Notes: generated by a model from the sequence alone, not told the origin. A DNA stretch of 64,000 bases from an uncultured Chloroflexia bacterium (GCA_963724295.1 CAVRUC010000006.1:1-64000), one strand, 5' to 3'. Counted from the stretch's first letter, positions 42,868 to 51,928 are shown. Numbers and translations are program-made.

Positions 42868-45807
42868 CTACCCGGCTGCCGGGGCGCTGGGTAGGGCGTC
42901 CTCCGCGGCGCGGCAGTCGGCGCCGGCACAGAGGCGCAGGGCGTCCAGGCTCGCGGCCAGCGCCGCGAGCAGCGCCGGGTCGGCGGTGGCGGCGAGATTC
43001 TGGAGCTGATACGGATCGGTCTGCATATCGTAGAGCTCACGCTCACCGCTCGCGTACTCGACGTAGAGATACCCCTCGGTTCGTAGCGCCAGATAGGGCG
43101 GTGAGTCGATGGGCGCGATACCGGCGATCTCCTCCCCTTCTTCATGCTCGAGTGCTTCGTGATCGTCGGGGGTAGCTGCCACGAGTACCGGCCCAGGTGC
43201 GCCCCACTGATCGGGACGGGTGCGGCCGTAACGCTCGACGAGGAACCCATGCCGCCATTCGGCGGGGGGATCGCCATCCAGGAGCGGTACGAGCGAGCGG
43301 CCGTCGACGAAGTCCGCGGGCGACGCGTGCGCCAGTTCGGCAAAGGTCGGAGCGAGGTCGATGTTGAGGGCGATGGAGTCCACCACGGCGCCGGCCGCCA
43401 CGCCCGGGCCGCGCACGATCAAGGGAACGCGGATCGACTCGTCATACGGGGCCTGCTTGCCGAGCGGGAGTCCGTGCTCGCCGAGCTGGTAGCCGTTGTC
43501 CGAGGTGAAGACGATGTAGGTGTTGTCGAGGACGCCGGCGGCGTCGAGGGTTTCGACGAGCGAGGCGACCATCTCGTCGACCGCCAGCAGCGATCGCAGC
43601 CGCCGCTGGTAGCGGTCGTCGATAAGCGCGATCTGGTCGTCGTTGAGCGCCAGGAGGGCCCGCACCCAGGCTGGTTTATCGCTCACGTCAGCCTCATTGA
43701 ATGACGGAACGCGCGGCGCGTTCACATCGGCGAAGGCTCCCGTGTGGCGCGATGCCGGGGTGGACGGACCGTGGGGTGCGTATGGCGCAATGTACAGGAA
43801 GAAGGGATCACCGGCGGCGGCCGCGCGATCGACGAAATCGGTCGCCCTGGCGGCCAGCACGTCGGTTGAATAGTCGGATGGCTGCTGCCCATAGAGAACG
43901 ATCGTGCCATCCTCGTTGAGGACGTAGTCGCTGTAGTACGACCCTCCCTCGTCGTCATCGCCCGACGCGAAGGCGCTCCACTCGTCCCATCCCGGCGGCA
44001 CATAGGCCTCCGCGGCGTCCCTGGGGTAGCGGTTGAGGTATTTGCCGATGAGGGCAGTACGGTAGTCGGCGCCCTGGAGCCAGGTCGCCACGGTCGAGTC
44101 CTCGTCGCCGAGGCGGTAAAAGGCTGGGAAACCGCCGTTGTCGCCAGCATTGCTGAGGACCCCGTGAGAGTGCGCGTATTGCCCGCGCAGCAGCGAGGCG
44201 CGCGAGGGGCAGCAGAGCGGGGTCGTGACAAACGCGTTGGTGAACGTGACCCCCTCCCGGGCGAGCAGCGATTGCAGGTTGGGCATGCAGGCAACCGAGC
44301 GGGCATCGAGATCGTCGGTGTTGATGACGACGATATTCGGTGGGATCGAGGGACTGGCCGGGCGCTGGATACCCGTCTCGTTTGCCGGCAGCAGCGGTTG
44401 TGGCGTGCCGGCAATCGGTGTGCCGGCGGACGCGCCAGTCACGGAGCAGGACCGCGGTGCAATCGAAGGTGTCGCTGATTCCGGTGAGGCGGCGGGCGTC
44501 GCGGGTTCCCCCAGATTTACCGGCGGCGCCTGGCCGGGGCACGAGCCAGTGTCGAGGCACATTACCTGCGCTCGCGCCAGCGCTTCGATGGTCGCCAGCG
44601 GCACGTCGGGGATGCCGACCATCTGGACCTGCGCTGCCCACGCCCCGACCTGGGCCTCGACCAGGTAGCCGCGCGCGGTCCCCGCTCCACCCCGCTCGGT
44701 AGCGATGGCCAGCGTCCCGGATGCATCGCCGATCGTCGCGGCGCCGGCGAGCGGAATGGCCTCGATGACGTTTGGGGATTGCTCGGCGCGCTCCACTCCT
44801 CTCTCCAGCCAGCCGGCGGCATCTCGCTCGCTGGCAAACTGGTAGAGCAAGACCCCAAAGCGGGTGTCATCGGTCCGCGCCGGGCTGCCGCGGGGGATGC
44901 TCTGCGCCACCCCATAGACCACGAGGGCATCGCCGTAGCGCCCGGCGCGATCGGCGAGCTCGTCCGGCGTCTCACCGTAATTGGGTAAGGTCTGCCCGTC
45001 CAGGCGCCCATACTCGTCCGAGCGGGTCTCGATGTCCGGACCTTCCAGGCGCAATATCGCATTGCTCAGGCGGGGGCCGGCCCCCGCCTGACCGCGGCGC
45101 ACCCTGGCCAGCAGCAGCTCGCCGAGGGCTTCGAGCGTGACCAGGTCCGGCTGACGACCGTCGAACTCCCCGATCGTGACCCCCGCCACCAGATTGTCGA
45201 CCTGAAACGTCAGGTCCAGCGCCCGGTACGGCTCGCCGTCGGCGGTGGAGCGCCGAAATCGCGTGATCTCGGAGCGATCGCCGATGATGCGCGTCCCCGG
45301 CACGTCTTTCATTTCCGCGTCCGGGGCCTCGCTCTCGAGGAGGGTGAACCCCGCATCTGCTCCCTCGGCAGAGGTGTATTCGATCACGTAGGGGGCGGCG
45401 AACGTGCGGAGCCGCGAGGGTGGGGCTCCCGGGCGGGAGGGGCGCCCAAGCTGTCGCTGGTAGCGCCGCTGGAACCCCGCCGCGGAGAGGGCGGCGCGGA
45501 CCTCGTCGGCATCGCTGGCGAGACTCGGCAGCGCGGCGCCGGTCAGCGCATATTGCTCGGCCTGCTCCTCGAGATCGAGGAACGCACTCGTCTGCTGACC
45601 GAAGCCGGTCAGGCCGATGCCGTCCAGATCGAGCGGGGTCAGCGCCATCGCCGCCAGGTCAAGCGGAGGAGCGGAAGAGACCGGAGAGGCAAGCGGCACG
45701 ATCCGTGAATGGAGGCCAGGCGCCAGACCCGGCGCCAGGCTGAGCACGATGAGGACCAATGCCGCGGTCACCGACCAGCGAGCATGCACGTGTGGATGCT
45801 TTCTCAT
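42868..45807 (-). CDS. secreted sulfatase (GlcNAc-6-sulfatase-like) with ~480-aa N-terminal extension
   Basis: PNIVVINTDD, CCPSRASLLRG (CxPxR), GKYLN, APHGP, FTSDNG, ELYDMQTDPYQLQN. Confidence 0.9.
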   Translation of the reverse strand: MRKHPHVHARWSVTAALVLIVLSLAPGLAPGLHSRIVPLASPVSSAPPLDLAAMALTPLDLDGIGLTGFGQQTSAFLDLEEQAEQYALTGAALPSLASDADEVRAALSAAGFQRRYQRQLGRPSRPGAPPSRLRTFAAPYVIEYTSAEGADAGFTLLESEAPDAEMKDVPGTRIIGDRSEITRFRRSTADGEPYRALDLTFQVDNLVAGVTIGEFDGRQPDLVTLEALGELLLARVRRGQAGAGPRLSNAILRLEGPDIETRSDEYGRLDGQTLPNYGETPDELADRAGRYGDALVVYGVAQSIPRGSPARTDDTRFGVLLYQFASERDAAGWLERGVERAEQSPNVIEAIPLAGAATIGDASGTLAIATERGGAGTARGYLVEAQVGAWAAQVQMVGIPDVPLATIEALARAQVMCLDTGSCPGQAPPVNLGEPATPAASPESATPSIAPRSCSVTGASAGTPIAGTPQPLLPANETGIQRPASPSIPPNIVVINTDDLDARSVACMPNLQSLLAREGVTFTNAFVTTPLCCPSRASLLRGQYAHSHGVLSNAGDNGGFPAFYRLGDEDSTVATWLQGADYRTALIGKYLNRYPRDAAEAYVPPGWDEWSAFASGDDDEGGSYYSDYVLNEDGTIVLYGQQPSDYSTDVLAARATDFVDRAAAAGDPFFLYIAPYAPHGPSTPASRHTGAFADVNAPRVPSFNEADVSDKPAWVRALLALNDDQIALIDDRYQRRLRSLLAVDEMVASLVETLDAAGVLDNTYIVFTSDNGYQLGEHGLPLGKQAPYDESIRVPLIVRGPGVAAGAVVDSIALNIDLAPTFAELAHASPADFVDGRSLVPLLDGDPPAEWRHGFLVERYGRTRPDQWGAPGPVLVAATPDDHEALEHEEGEEIAGIAPIDSPPYLALRTEGYLYVEYASGERELYDMQTDPYQLQNLAATADPALLAALAASLDALRLCAGADCRAAEDALPSAPAAG

Positions 45808-45816
45808 GCGTCCGTT

Positions 45817-46962
45817 TCAGTCTCTGGGCGCAGGCGATCCCACTCCGCCACTCCGGCTTGCAACCGGCGTTGCACGAGGCGCCACTCCACCGAGACGGGT
45901 GAAATTCTGCACAAGATTCATGAACGGCGCGGTCTCCTCGTCGTCCTCGGGGAGATTGGAGGTCGGGAAAGGGTACCAACTCGTCAGTTCGAGGTGGTCG
46001 GGGCGACCGCCCGCGGCGCGGTAGGCGAGGTACGCGGCCAGGACATTGTCGCGGAACGCCACGTTCGAGGTCGCGCCACCGACCTTGGAGACGTAGATGA
46101 GCCCGAACGGAACCTGGAGCTCGCCGCGCACGAAATCCTCGGCCTCGCGCACATTGGCCCATCCCGGCGAGGCGGACTCCATTGGGAAATCGAGATGGAT
46201 GAAGGCCAATCTCAGACCATGGGCCGCGAGCTCGTCCTGGAGGCGGCGGTAGACGTTCTGGTAGTCCCAGCCCTTGGCGGGCATGGCGTCGACCAGACCG
46301 ATCTCGATACCAGGGAAGCGCTCCGTCATGTGGCCTACATAGCCAACGATGTCGGCAATGCGGAATTCGTACCCACTCTCTTTGCCATAGGCCGGGCACG
46401 ACCCGCTCACTTTCGAGAGCGGGCTTTGCAGGCTGAGATACGAGATACGGGCTCCCAGGTCGAGGAGACGCTCGATCGCCTTGACCTCGGCACTGAGGCG
46501 GCGGGAATGACCGGCACACTGGGCGTTCGTGGCGCCGGTCACGTTGACCGCGAGCGCGACGTCCCACGCACGCAACTTTGGCAGGAACGATTTCCGCAGG
46601 AAGCCGTCGCTGAGCGAAACATGCTTGCCGAGGAGCGATGTCACGCGCACGACCCAGACGTCGACGAAACCTCGCGCCTCATCCCACTCATCGCCGCGGG
46701 TGGTGAACATCTTGAAGAAATCGGGGGCGAGCTCGCCCGCTCCACCGTAGTTCGGCGGCTGGACCCACAGCGATCCCTGGTCCGGTCCGGCGACGGGTGC
46801 CGGCGCGAAGAGACCGTCCCGACTCAGCGGCGCGACGAGCTCGGGCGGACTTGCACTTGCAGAAACCCCTCCCGCCAACTGATGACCGAGCACGGTCGCG
46901 CCCATCGCGGCGAGCGAGCGGCGCGAGATGCGCTCTCGGGGAGGTCCCTGGTTCTCCACCAT
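45817..46962 (-). CDS. hypothetical protein with Tat-like signal
   Basis: ISRRSLAAM signal, GGAGAG RBS, 381-aa ORF just upstream of the sulfatase. Confidence 0.7.
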   Translation of the reverse strand: MVENQGPPRERISRRSLAAMGATVLGHQLAGGVSASASPPELVAPLSRDGLFAPAPVAGPDQGSLWVQPPNYGGAGELAPDFFKMFTTRGDEWDEARGFVDVWVVRVTSLLGKHVSLSDGFLRKSFLPKLRAWDVALAVNVTGATNAQCAGHSRRLSAEVKAIERLLDLGARISYLSLQSPLSKVSGSCPAYGKESGYEFRIADIVGYVGHMTERFPGIEIGLVDAMPAKGWDYQNVYRRLQDELAAHGLRLAFIHLDFPMESASPGWANVREAEDFVRGELQVPFGLIYVSKVGGATSNVAFRDNVLAAYLAYRAAGGRPDHLELTSWYPFPTSNLPEDDEETAPFMNLVQNFTRLGGVAPRATPVASRSGGVGSPAPRD

Positions 46963-46978
46963 ACCGTGACTCTCCGCA

Positions 46979-47695
46979 TCACGTCGGGCAGCGCGCCTCG
47001 ACGCTCTCCCCCGTGCTGGTGAGGATGCGCGCTCCCTCTTTGGACAGGCGGTCGTTATCGTAGATGGCGTTGCTGATACCGCCAGTGGCGGGGTCCGCGC
47101 CGGCGCCGGTCTCGTAGGTACGCGTCTGACCCGGAGCGATGGCGAGATCGGGATCAGGGGCGCCCTCTTCGCCCGCGACCGGCGGTCCCACCAGCGACCG
47201 AATCTCCGTCACGACGACGGTCTCGTCGCCAGTATTGGTGATGATGGTCTGCTCGGGCGTTGTCTCGCAGCGGAGCTCGACCTGGAGTCCATTCACCGTC
47301 GTCCCACCCCGGTTGCGGCTCCCGGCATCGCGGGGTGGAGGACCATCCAGCGGATCGGGTGCAGGTTCCCGGGTACGGTCGGGTGCAGGTTCACGGGTAC
47401 GGTCGGGAGCGGGAGTCGGCGATGCCGTGACCGGTGACCCCTCGCGCCGCTCCCGGAGACGGACGGCTCGCGAGGCGGGGATGGCACTCGACCAGGGCTT
47501 GCGGATGATGATGTTGCCGGAGATGAGGACCGACGCCCACTCACCACAGTCGTGCCCGATGAAGATCGTGCCGACGGTTATCGCTTCGGTGCAATCCGTC
47601 GGTCGTTCGATCGGCTGCGCGGCGGAGGGCTGAGAGCAGCCGAGCGCGATCAGCAAGGCGAATATGAGCGAGATTGACGTGCGTCGACGGTTCAT
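46979..47695 (-). CDS. secreted hypothetical protein with Pro-rich PAPDRTRE repeats
   Basis: Signal peptide, Cys pairs, tandem PDRTREPA units. Confidence 0.6.
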   Translation of the reverse strand: MNRRRTSISLIFALLIALGCSQPSAAQPIERPTDCTEAITVGTIFIGHDCGEWASVLISGNIIIRKPWSSAIPASRAVRLRERREGSPVTASPTPAPDRTREPAPDRTREPAPDPLDGPPPRDAGSRNRGGTTVNGLQVELRCETTPEQTIITNTGDETVVVTEIRSLVGPPVAGEEGAPDPDLAIAPGQTRTYETGAGADPATGGISNAIYDNDRLSKEGARILTSTGESVEARCPT

Positions 47696-47945
47696 CGCGG
47701 CCTCGAGTTCTGGCGTCCGCTGGAATTTTCCTCATCGAGTGCCTTGGCCGGAGGACTGAGTCGGCAATGGCCACTGCATGCAGAATCCAGTCCCACCGAA
47801 CCGCACCTGAATCCTTTGCCGAGAGCAGTCAATGCCTAGCACTACAGAAGAGAATCCGTGGTTCGTATCTTTCCTGGTGGCGCTCACCCGCAGTCGCTGC
47901 AAACACTCACCCACATTTGAGATACTCATTTCAGGAGCTTGCACT

Positions 47946-48152
47946 ATGAAGCGCAAATTCACAGTCAGTATCGATCACGAGAGCAACTGGTACGTAGCCC
48001 AGTGTCTCGAGGTCGACGTCGCAAGCCAGGGTGAAACGGAGCAGGAAGCTCTCCTCAACCTGCGCGAGGCCATCGCGCTCCACTTCACCCCGCCTGTCGC
48101 TACGGCATTTCCCGATCTGCGACTGATCGAGGTCGAGATCGGTGCCGCCTAG
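47946..48152 (+). CDS. hicB: HicB family antitoxin (short form)
   Basis: AGGAG RBS; WYVAQCLEVDVASQGETEQEALLNLREAIAL. Confidence 0.85.
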   Translation: MKRKFTVSIDHESNWYVAQCLEVDVASQGETEQEALLNLREAIALHFTPPVATAFPDLRLIEVEIGAA

Positions 48153-48269
48153 GCCACTCCCTTATCGCGAGGTCAAGCGCAACTTGGAGACAGAGAGATT
48201 GCAGCGGGGACGCTGCGTAGCATTCTGCGGCAGGCCGGACTGATCTGGGACGAGCTCGACGCACTATAG
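48142..48269 (+). pseudogene. hicA: HicA family toxin with internal deletion and frameshift
   Basis: N-terminus MPPRPLPYREVKRNLE is joined out of frame to C-terminus REIAAGTLRSILRQAGLIWDELDAL*. The central GSH-containing segment is absent. Confidence 0.75.
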
Positions 48270-48280
48270 GGGAGGGGCTC

Positions 48281-49501
48281 GTGACCCAGGCCATGGCGCA
48301 ATTCCGGATCGTGCTCGGGCAGCGGGCGTCGTGGCCGGAGCTGCTGGCGCGCACCCGCGAGACGGAGGCGCTCGGCTTCGACGGCCTCTTCCTGGTCGAC
48401 CACTTCTACGGGCTCTTCGACGTCATGGACCCAACGCACGAGGCCTACACGATGCTGGCCGCGCTGGCGCCCTTCACCCAGAGCCTGCGCCTCGGGGTAA
48501 TGGTCTGCGGCAACACGTACCGCAATCCGGCGTTTCTGCTCAAGCAGGCGGTCACGGTCGATCATATCTCCGGCGGCCGGGTCGATTTCGGTGTCGGCGC
48601 GGGGTGGACAGAGCGCGAACACGAGGCCTACGGATGGCCGTTTCCATCGGCTCGGGAGCGCGTCGACCGCTTTGCCGAGGCGCTCGAGATCTGGGATCGG
48701 CTCCAGCAGGAAGAGCGCACGACCTACGAAGGTCAGCATTACCAGATCGTCGACGCCCCGTTCGAGCCCAAACCGCTGCAGCGGCCGCGGATGCCGTTGC
48801 TGATCGGTGGCTCGGGGCCGCGCATGCTCCGCCTCGCCGCGCGCCACGCCGACATCTGGAATGCGGTCGGGACCCCGGACGAGGGCGGCGCGCTCAATCA
48901 GCGCCTCGACGCGGCCTGCGCCGAGGAAGGGCGTGATCCCGCGTCTCTGGTGCGCACCGTTAGCCCTCGGCTCAACCTGCTGGCGTCGGTTGAGGCCTTC
49001 GTAGATGGCGTGGCGGCGTACCGCGCGGCCGGTTTCCGCGATATCTACCTGCCGTGGCCTCGCACCGAGAGCGAGGTCCCCGTTCTGCGCCAGGTCGCGC
49101 GCGAGGTGCTTCCCGAGTTGCGGGGCGGGACGATGTCAGCCGAGCAGTCAGCAACTCGAGCTCCTCGGCGCGATGACCTGACGGCTGTGGACGAGGTGGA
49201 TGTCGTGCGGGCCTACGCCGCGGTCCGCGACGGCACGCCACGGCGGTTGCTCGATTTCCTCATCGATCATCCGGACGAGCGGTTCGACGGCGCCGCCTTG
49301 ATGCGGCATCTCGAGCTGCGGCGTCACGACGAGGTTGCGCGTGGGTTCGCCGCGCTCGCCGCGGATCTGGCCGAGCACGGCCTCGCGCGTCCCTGGAACG
49401 AGGCGCAGGCTGGCTACCTCCTCCCTGCGCAGCACGCGGCGATTCTCGGCCGTGCGCGAGATGGAGACGGTGAGTCAGCGAGTCAGATAAGACCAGCATA
49501 G
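48281..49501 (+). CDS. LLM class flavin/F420-dependent oxidoreductase with extra C-terminal domain
   Basis: GFDGLFLVDHF, YRNPAFL, DHISGGRVDFGVGAGW, LIGGSGPRMLRLAARHADIWN. Confidence 0.9.
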   Translation: MTQAMAQFRIVLGQRASWPELLARTRETEALGFDGLFLVDHFYGLFDVMDPTHEAYTMLAALAPFTQSLRLGVMVCGNTYRNPAFLLKQAVTVDHISGGRVDFGVGAGWTEREHEAYGWPFPSARERVDRFAEALEIWDRLQQEERTTYEGQHYQIVDAPFEPKPLQRPRMPLLIGGSGPRMLRLAARHADIWNAVGTPDEGGALNQRLDAACAEEGRDPASLVRTVSPRLNLLASVEAFVDGVAAYRAAGFRDIYLPWPRTESEVPVLRQVAREVLPELRGGTMSAEQSATRAPRRDDLTAVDEVDVVRAYAAVRDGTPRRLLDFLIDHPDERFDGAALMRHLELRRHDEVARGFAALAADLAEHGLARPWNEAQAGYLLPAQHAAILGRARDGDGESASQIRPA

Positions 49502-49622
49502 TCCAGATGGCTGATAGGCTCATGACCCGACCCGGTGCGTTGGGAGAGGGCCCCTTCATCTCTCAGTCCGGCCCGCTTCGCCGGCAAAGGGAAGCGATTT
49601 CCGAGAAACGACGAAAAGGGTA

Positions 49623-49651
49623 TTGACATTCTGGCACGCCGGGTGTACGTT
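49623..49651 (+). promoter_or_regulatory. sigma70-type promoter, copy 1
   Basis: TTGACA-N17-TACGTT with an A-rich upstream tract. Confidence 0.8.
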
Positions 49652-49656
49652 CATTG

Positions 49657-49751
49657 CAAGCCAGACGCGGACGGGAGCAATCCCGAATGCGGAAAGCCAG
49701 CAGAACGCCGATGGTTTGGACGCAAGTCTAGACTGTCGGCGTTCAGCTTTA
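49657..49751 (+). ncRNA. candidate small non-coding RNA, copy 1
   Basis: CGGGA-GCAA-UCCCG hairpin, GGA repeats, 19-bp terminal stem with GCAA loop followed by AGCUUU; no ORF. Confidence 0.65.
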
Positions 49752-50048
49752 AGTGAACACCGAGCGAAGTGCTCCAAGATCAAGGTGGGCTGGACGACCT
49801 CAGCCCACAGGCCCTCGTGCCGAGGCGCTCCGCGCCGGGCGACGAGCCCAACTCCTACCCCGCCGCCCATCGCAGGGCATCCTGCCCCGGTTGGACTGGA
49901 ATTCGCATGGGATGACCTCGTCGCAAGCGGCCGCTCGTACTGCTGCAGCAGTCGGTCTTGCACCTCCGCTTGCGGTTCTTGCGGCCTTCTGGACAACCTG
50001 GTGTCTGTTCGCAGCGGGGGGACTTGGCGAGAATCCACGAAACAGGTA

Positions 50049-50077
50049 TTGACATCCGGGCACGGAGGGTGTACGTT
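50049..50077 (+). promoter_or_regulatory. sigma70-type promoter, copy 2
   Basis: TTGACA-N17-TACGTT, same spacing as copy 1. Confidence 0.8.
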
Positions 50078-50082
50078 CACTG

Positions 50083-50179
50083 TACACCGGAAGCGGACGG
50101 GAGCAATCCTGAAAGCGGAAGGTCAGCAGAACGCCGACGGGTCCGGGGTCAAACCTGGTCTTGTCGGCGTTCAGCTTTG
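50083..50179 (+). ncRNA. candidate small non-coding RNA, copy 2
   Basis: Paralog of 49657-49751 with structure-preserving substitutions in both hairpins. Confidence 0.65.
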
Positions 50180-50301
50180 TTGCGGTCCGCTCGAGCAGGG
50201 ATTTCTGCCCCGCTCTTTGCTGGCGACGCAGACTTTCCGCACACCTGGATGATTGGCGCCGGCAACGCGCGAGCGGATGTGCGGCGGAGCCGCGTCGCCC
50301 A

Positions 50302-51084
50302 ATGACTTCATCCCCCTCATCCGATTGGAATCCGGAGCAATACGGGCGGTTCCGCGACGAGCGGGCACGACCTTTCTTTGATCTGCTCGATCTGGTGCGG
50401 CCGCGTCCAGGAATGCGGGTCGTCGACCTCGGCTGCGGCACCGGCGAGCCGACGCGTGAGATGCACCAGCGGCTTTCAGCGCGGGAGACGATCGGCATCG
50501 ACAACTCGCCGGCGATGCTGGCCAGGAGCGCGGCCTTCGCGGGCGACGGTCTGCGATTCGAGCAGGGAGACATCAGCGCGTTCACGAGCGAGGGAGACGT
50601 TGATCTCGTCTTCTCCAACGCCGCACTGCACTGGATTCCCGACCACGAGTCGTTCCTGCCCCGACTCGTCGCCGCTCTGACGGCGACCGGTCAGCTCGCC
50701 GTCCAGGTCCCCGCCAGCGACGATCACGCCTCTCACGTAACGGCGGTCGAGGTCGCGGGCGAAGCCCCGTTCCGGGAAGCACTGGGAGGACACGTCCGCC
50801 GGTCGCCGGTGCTGGCTCCCGAAGTCTACGCAACGCTCTTGCACCGCCTGGGGTTCACGGAACAACACGTCCGCTTGCAGGTCTACGCCCACGAGCTGGA
50901 ATCACATGAGGCGGTCGTGGAGTGGGTACGGGGGAGCGTGCTCACGGACTACGAACGCCGTCTCCCGGCCGAGCTCTGGCCGCGCTTCCTGGAGCGGTAT
51001 CGGGAGCGTCTCCTGCCTCAGCTCGAGGATGATCGACCCTTCTTCTACCCGTTCAAACGGGTGCTCTTCTGGGGAGCTCGCTAG
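50302..51084 (+). CDS. tam: trans-aconitate 2-methyltransferase-like protein
   Basis: WNPEQYGRFRDERARPFFDLL, VVDLGCGTG, FSNAALHW, FYPFKRV. Confidence 0.85.
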   Translation: MTSSPSSDWNPEQYGRFRDERARPFFDLLDLVRPRPGMRVVDLGCGTGEPTREMHQRLSARETIGIDNSPAMLARSAAFAGDGLRFEQGDISAFTSEGDVDLVFSNAALHWIPDHESFLPRLVAALTATGQLAVQVPASDDHASHVTAVEVAGEAPFREALGGHVRRSPVLAPEVYATLLHRLGFTEQHVRLQVYAHELESHEAVVEWVRGSVLTDYERRLPAELWPRFLERYRERLLPQLEDDRPFFYPFKRVLFWGAR

Positions 51085-51090
51085 GACGCC

Positions 51091-51171
51091 GAGACGGCAG
51101 AGACGGCAAGACGGCAAGACGGCAAGACGGCAAGACGGCAAGACGGCAAGACGGCAAGACGGCAAGACGGC
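51091..51171 (+). repeat. tandem octamer (A/G)AGACGGC x~10
   Basis: Two GAGACGGC units then eight AAGACGGC units; same family as 42651-42698. Confidence 0.92.
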
Positions 51172-51269
51172 AAGGAAGAGACTACGGCGACAGCCGAAAG
51201 CTGATTGCCGATAGCGGCCTCAGTAGAATTGTCTGCGCCACGCCTGTCTGCCACACGGAGACGCTCATC

Positions 51270-51833
51270 ATGGCTATCGTCAACCGCATCAGCGAGCAGG
51301 AGTACCGGGAGCTTGCGCTGAGCGACTCGGATCGACTCTGGGAGCTGTGGGATGGCGTGCTCGTGGAGAAGCCATTGATGAGCATGAAGCACGACGACGT
51401 GGCGTTTCATCTTGGGTATCTGCTCCAGAGCCAGCTCGATCGAAGCGTCTATCGTGTCAATGTCAATGGAAGTAAGACCCGCCGCTCCTCACGGAATTAC
51501 TGCATCCCCGATGTCGTCGTCATTCCAGCAGCTTTTGTGCTGCCGTTTGCGAACGACCCACAGACGTTCAATGCCTTCGCCGAGCCACTGCCGCTGGTGG
51601 TTGAGATCTGGTTCCCAACGACCGGAGACTACGACATCGCGGCGAAGCTGCCCGGCTATCGCGAGCGCGGCGACACCGAGATCTGGTTCATCCACCCCTA
51701 TGAACGAACCTTGACGGCCTGGCGAAGGCAGCCAGACGGGAGCTACACGGAAGATCTCATCCGGGGCGGCTCCATCTCCGCCGTTTCTCTCCCTGGCGTC
51801 GTTATCAGCATTGATGTCCTGCTAGACGGCTAG
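51270..51833 (+). CDS. Uma2 family endonuclease (paralog of 23277-23846)
   Basis: WELWDGVL, IPDVVV, PLPLVVEIW, KLPGY..RGD.EIW..HPYERT. Confidence 0.9.
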   Translation: MAIVNRISEQEYRELALSDSDRLWELWDGVLVEKPLMSMKHDDVAFHLGYLLQSQLDRSVYRVNVNGSKTRRSSRNYCIPDVVVIPAAFVLPFANDPQTFNAFAEPLPLVVEIWFPTTGDYDIAAKLPGYRERGDTEIWFIHPYERTLTAWRRQPDGSYTEDLIRGGSISAVSLPGVVISIDVLLDG

Positions 51834-51928
51834 CACCTGATCGGCTTGACGCAAAGAGAACCATTCGGCAAGGACAAGCCTGTGCCGCCCGCCGAGAGGC
51901 GAGTGCCTCGGCCCACCGTGGGAGAGAG

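Noticed and set aside
49795..49808. GTGGGCTG...CAGCCCAC hairpin (approx. 49785-49808) between the sRNA copies as a third RNA
   Set aside because: No promoter and no similarity to the two units; it looks like a degenerate REP-type palindrome.
49556..50305. ORFs overlapping the duplicated non-coding units
   Set aside because: No RBS, atypical composition and no recognisable domains. Conservation between the copies follows promoter boxes and stems rather than codons.
51091..51171. CRISPR array
   Set aside because: 8-bp units without spacers; no cas genes in the window.
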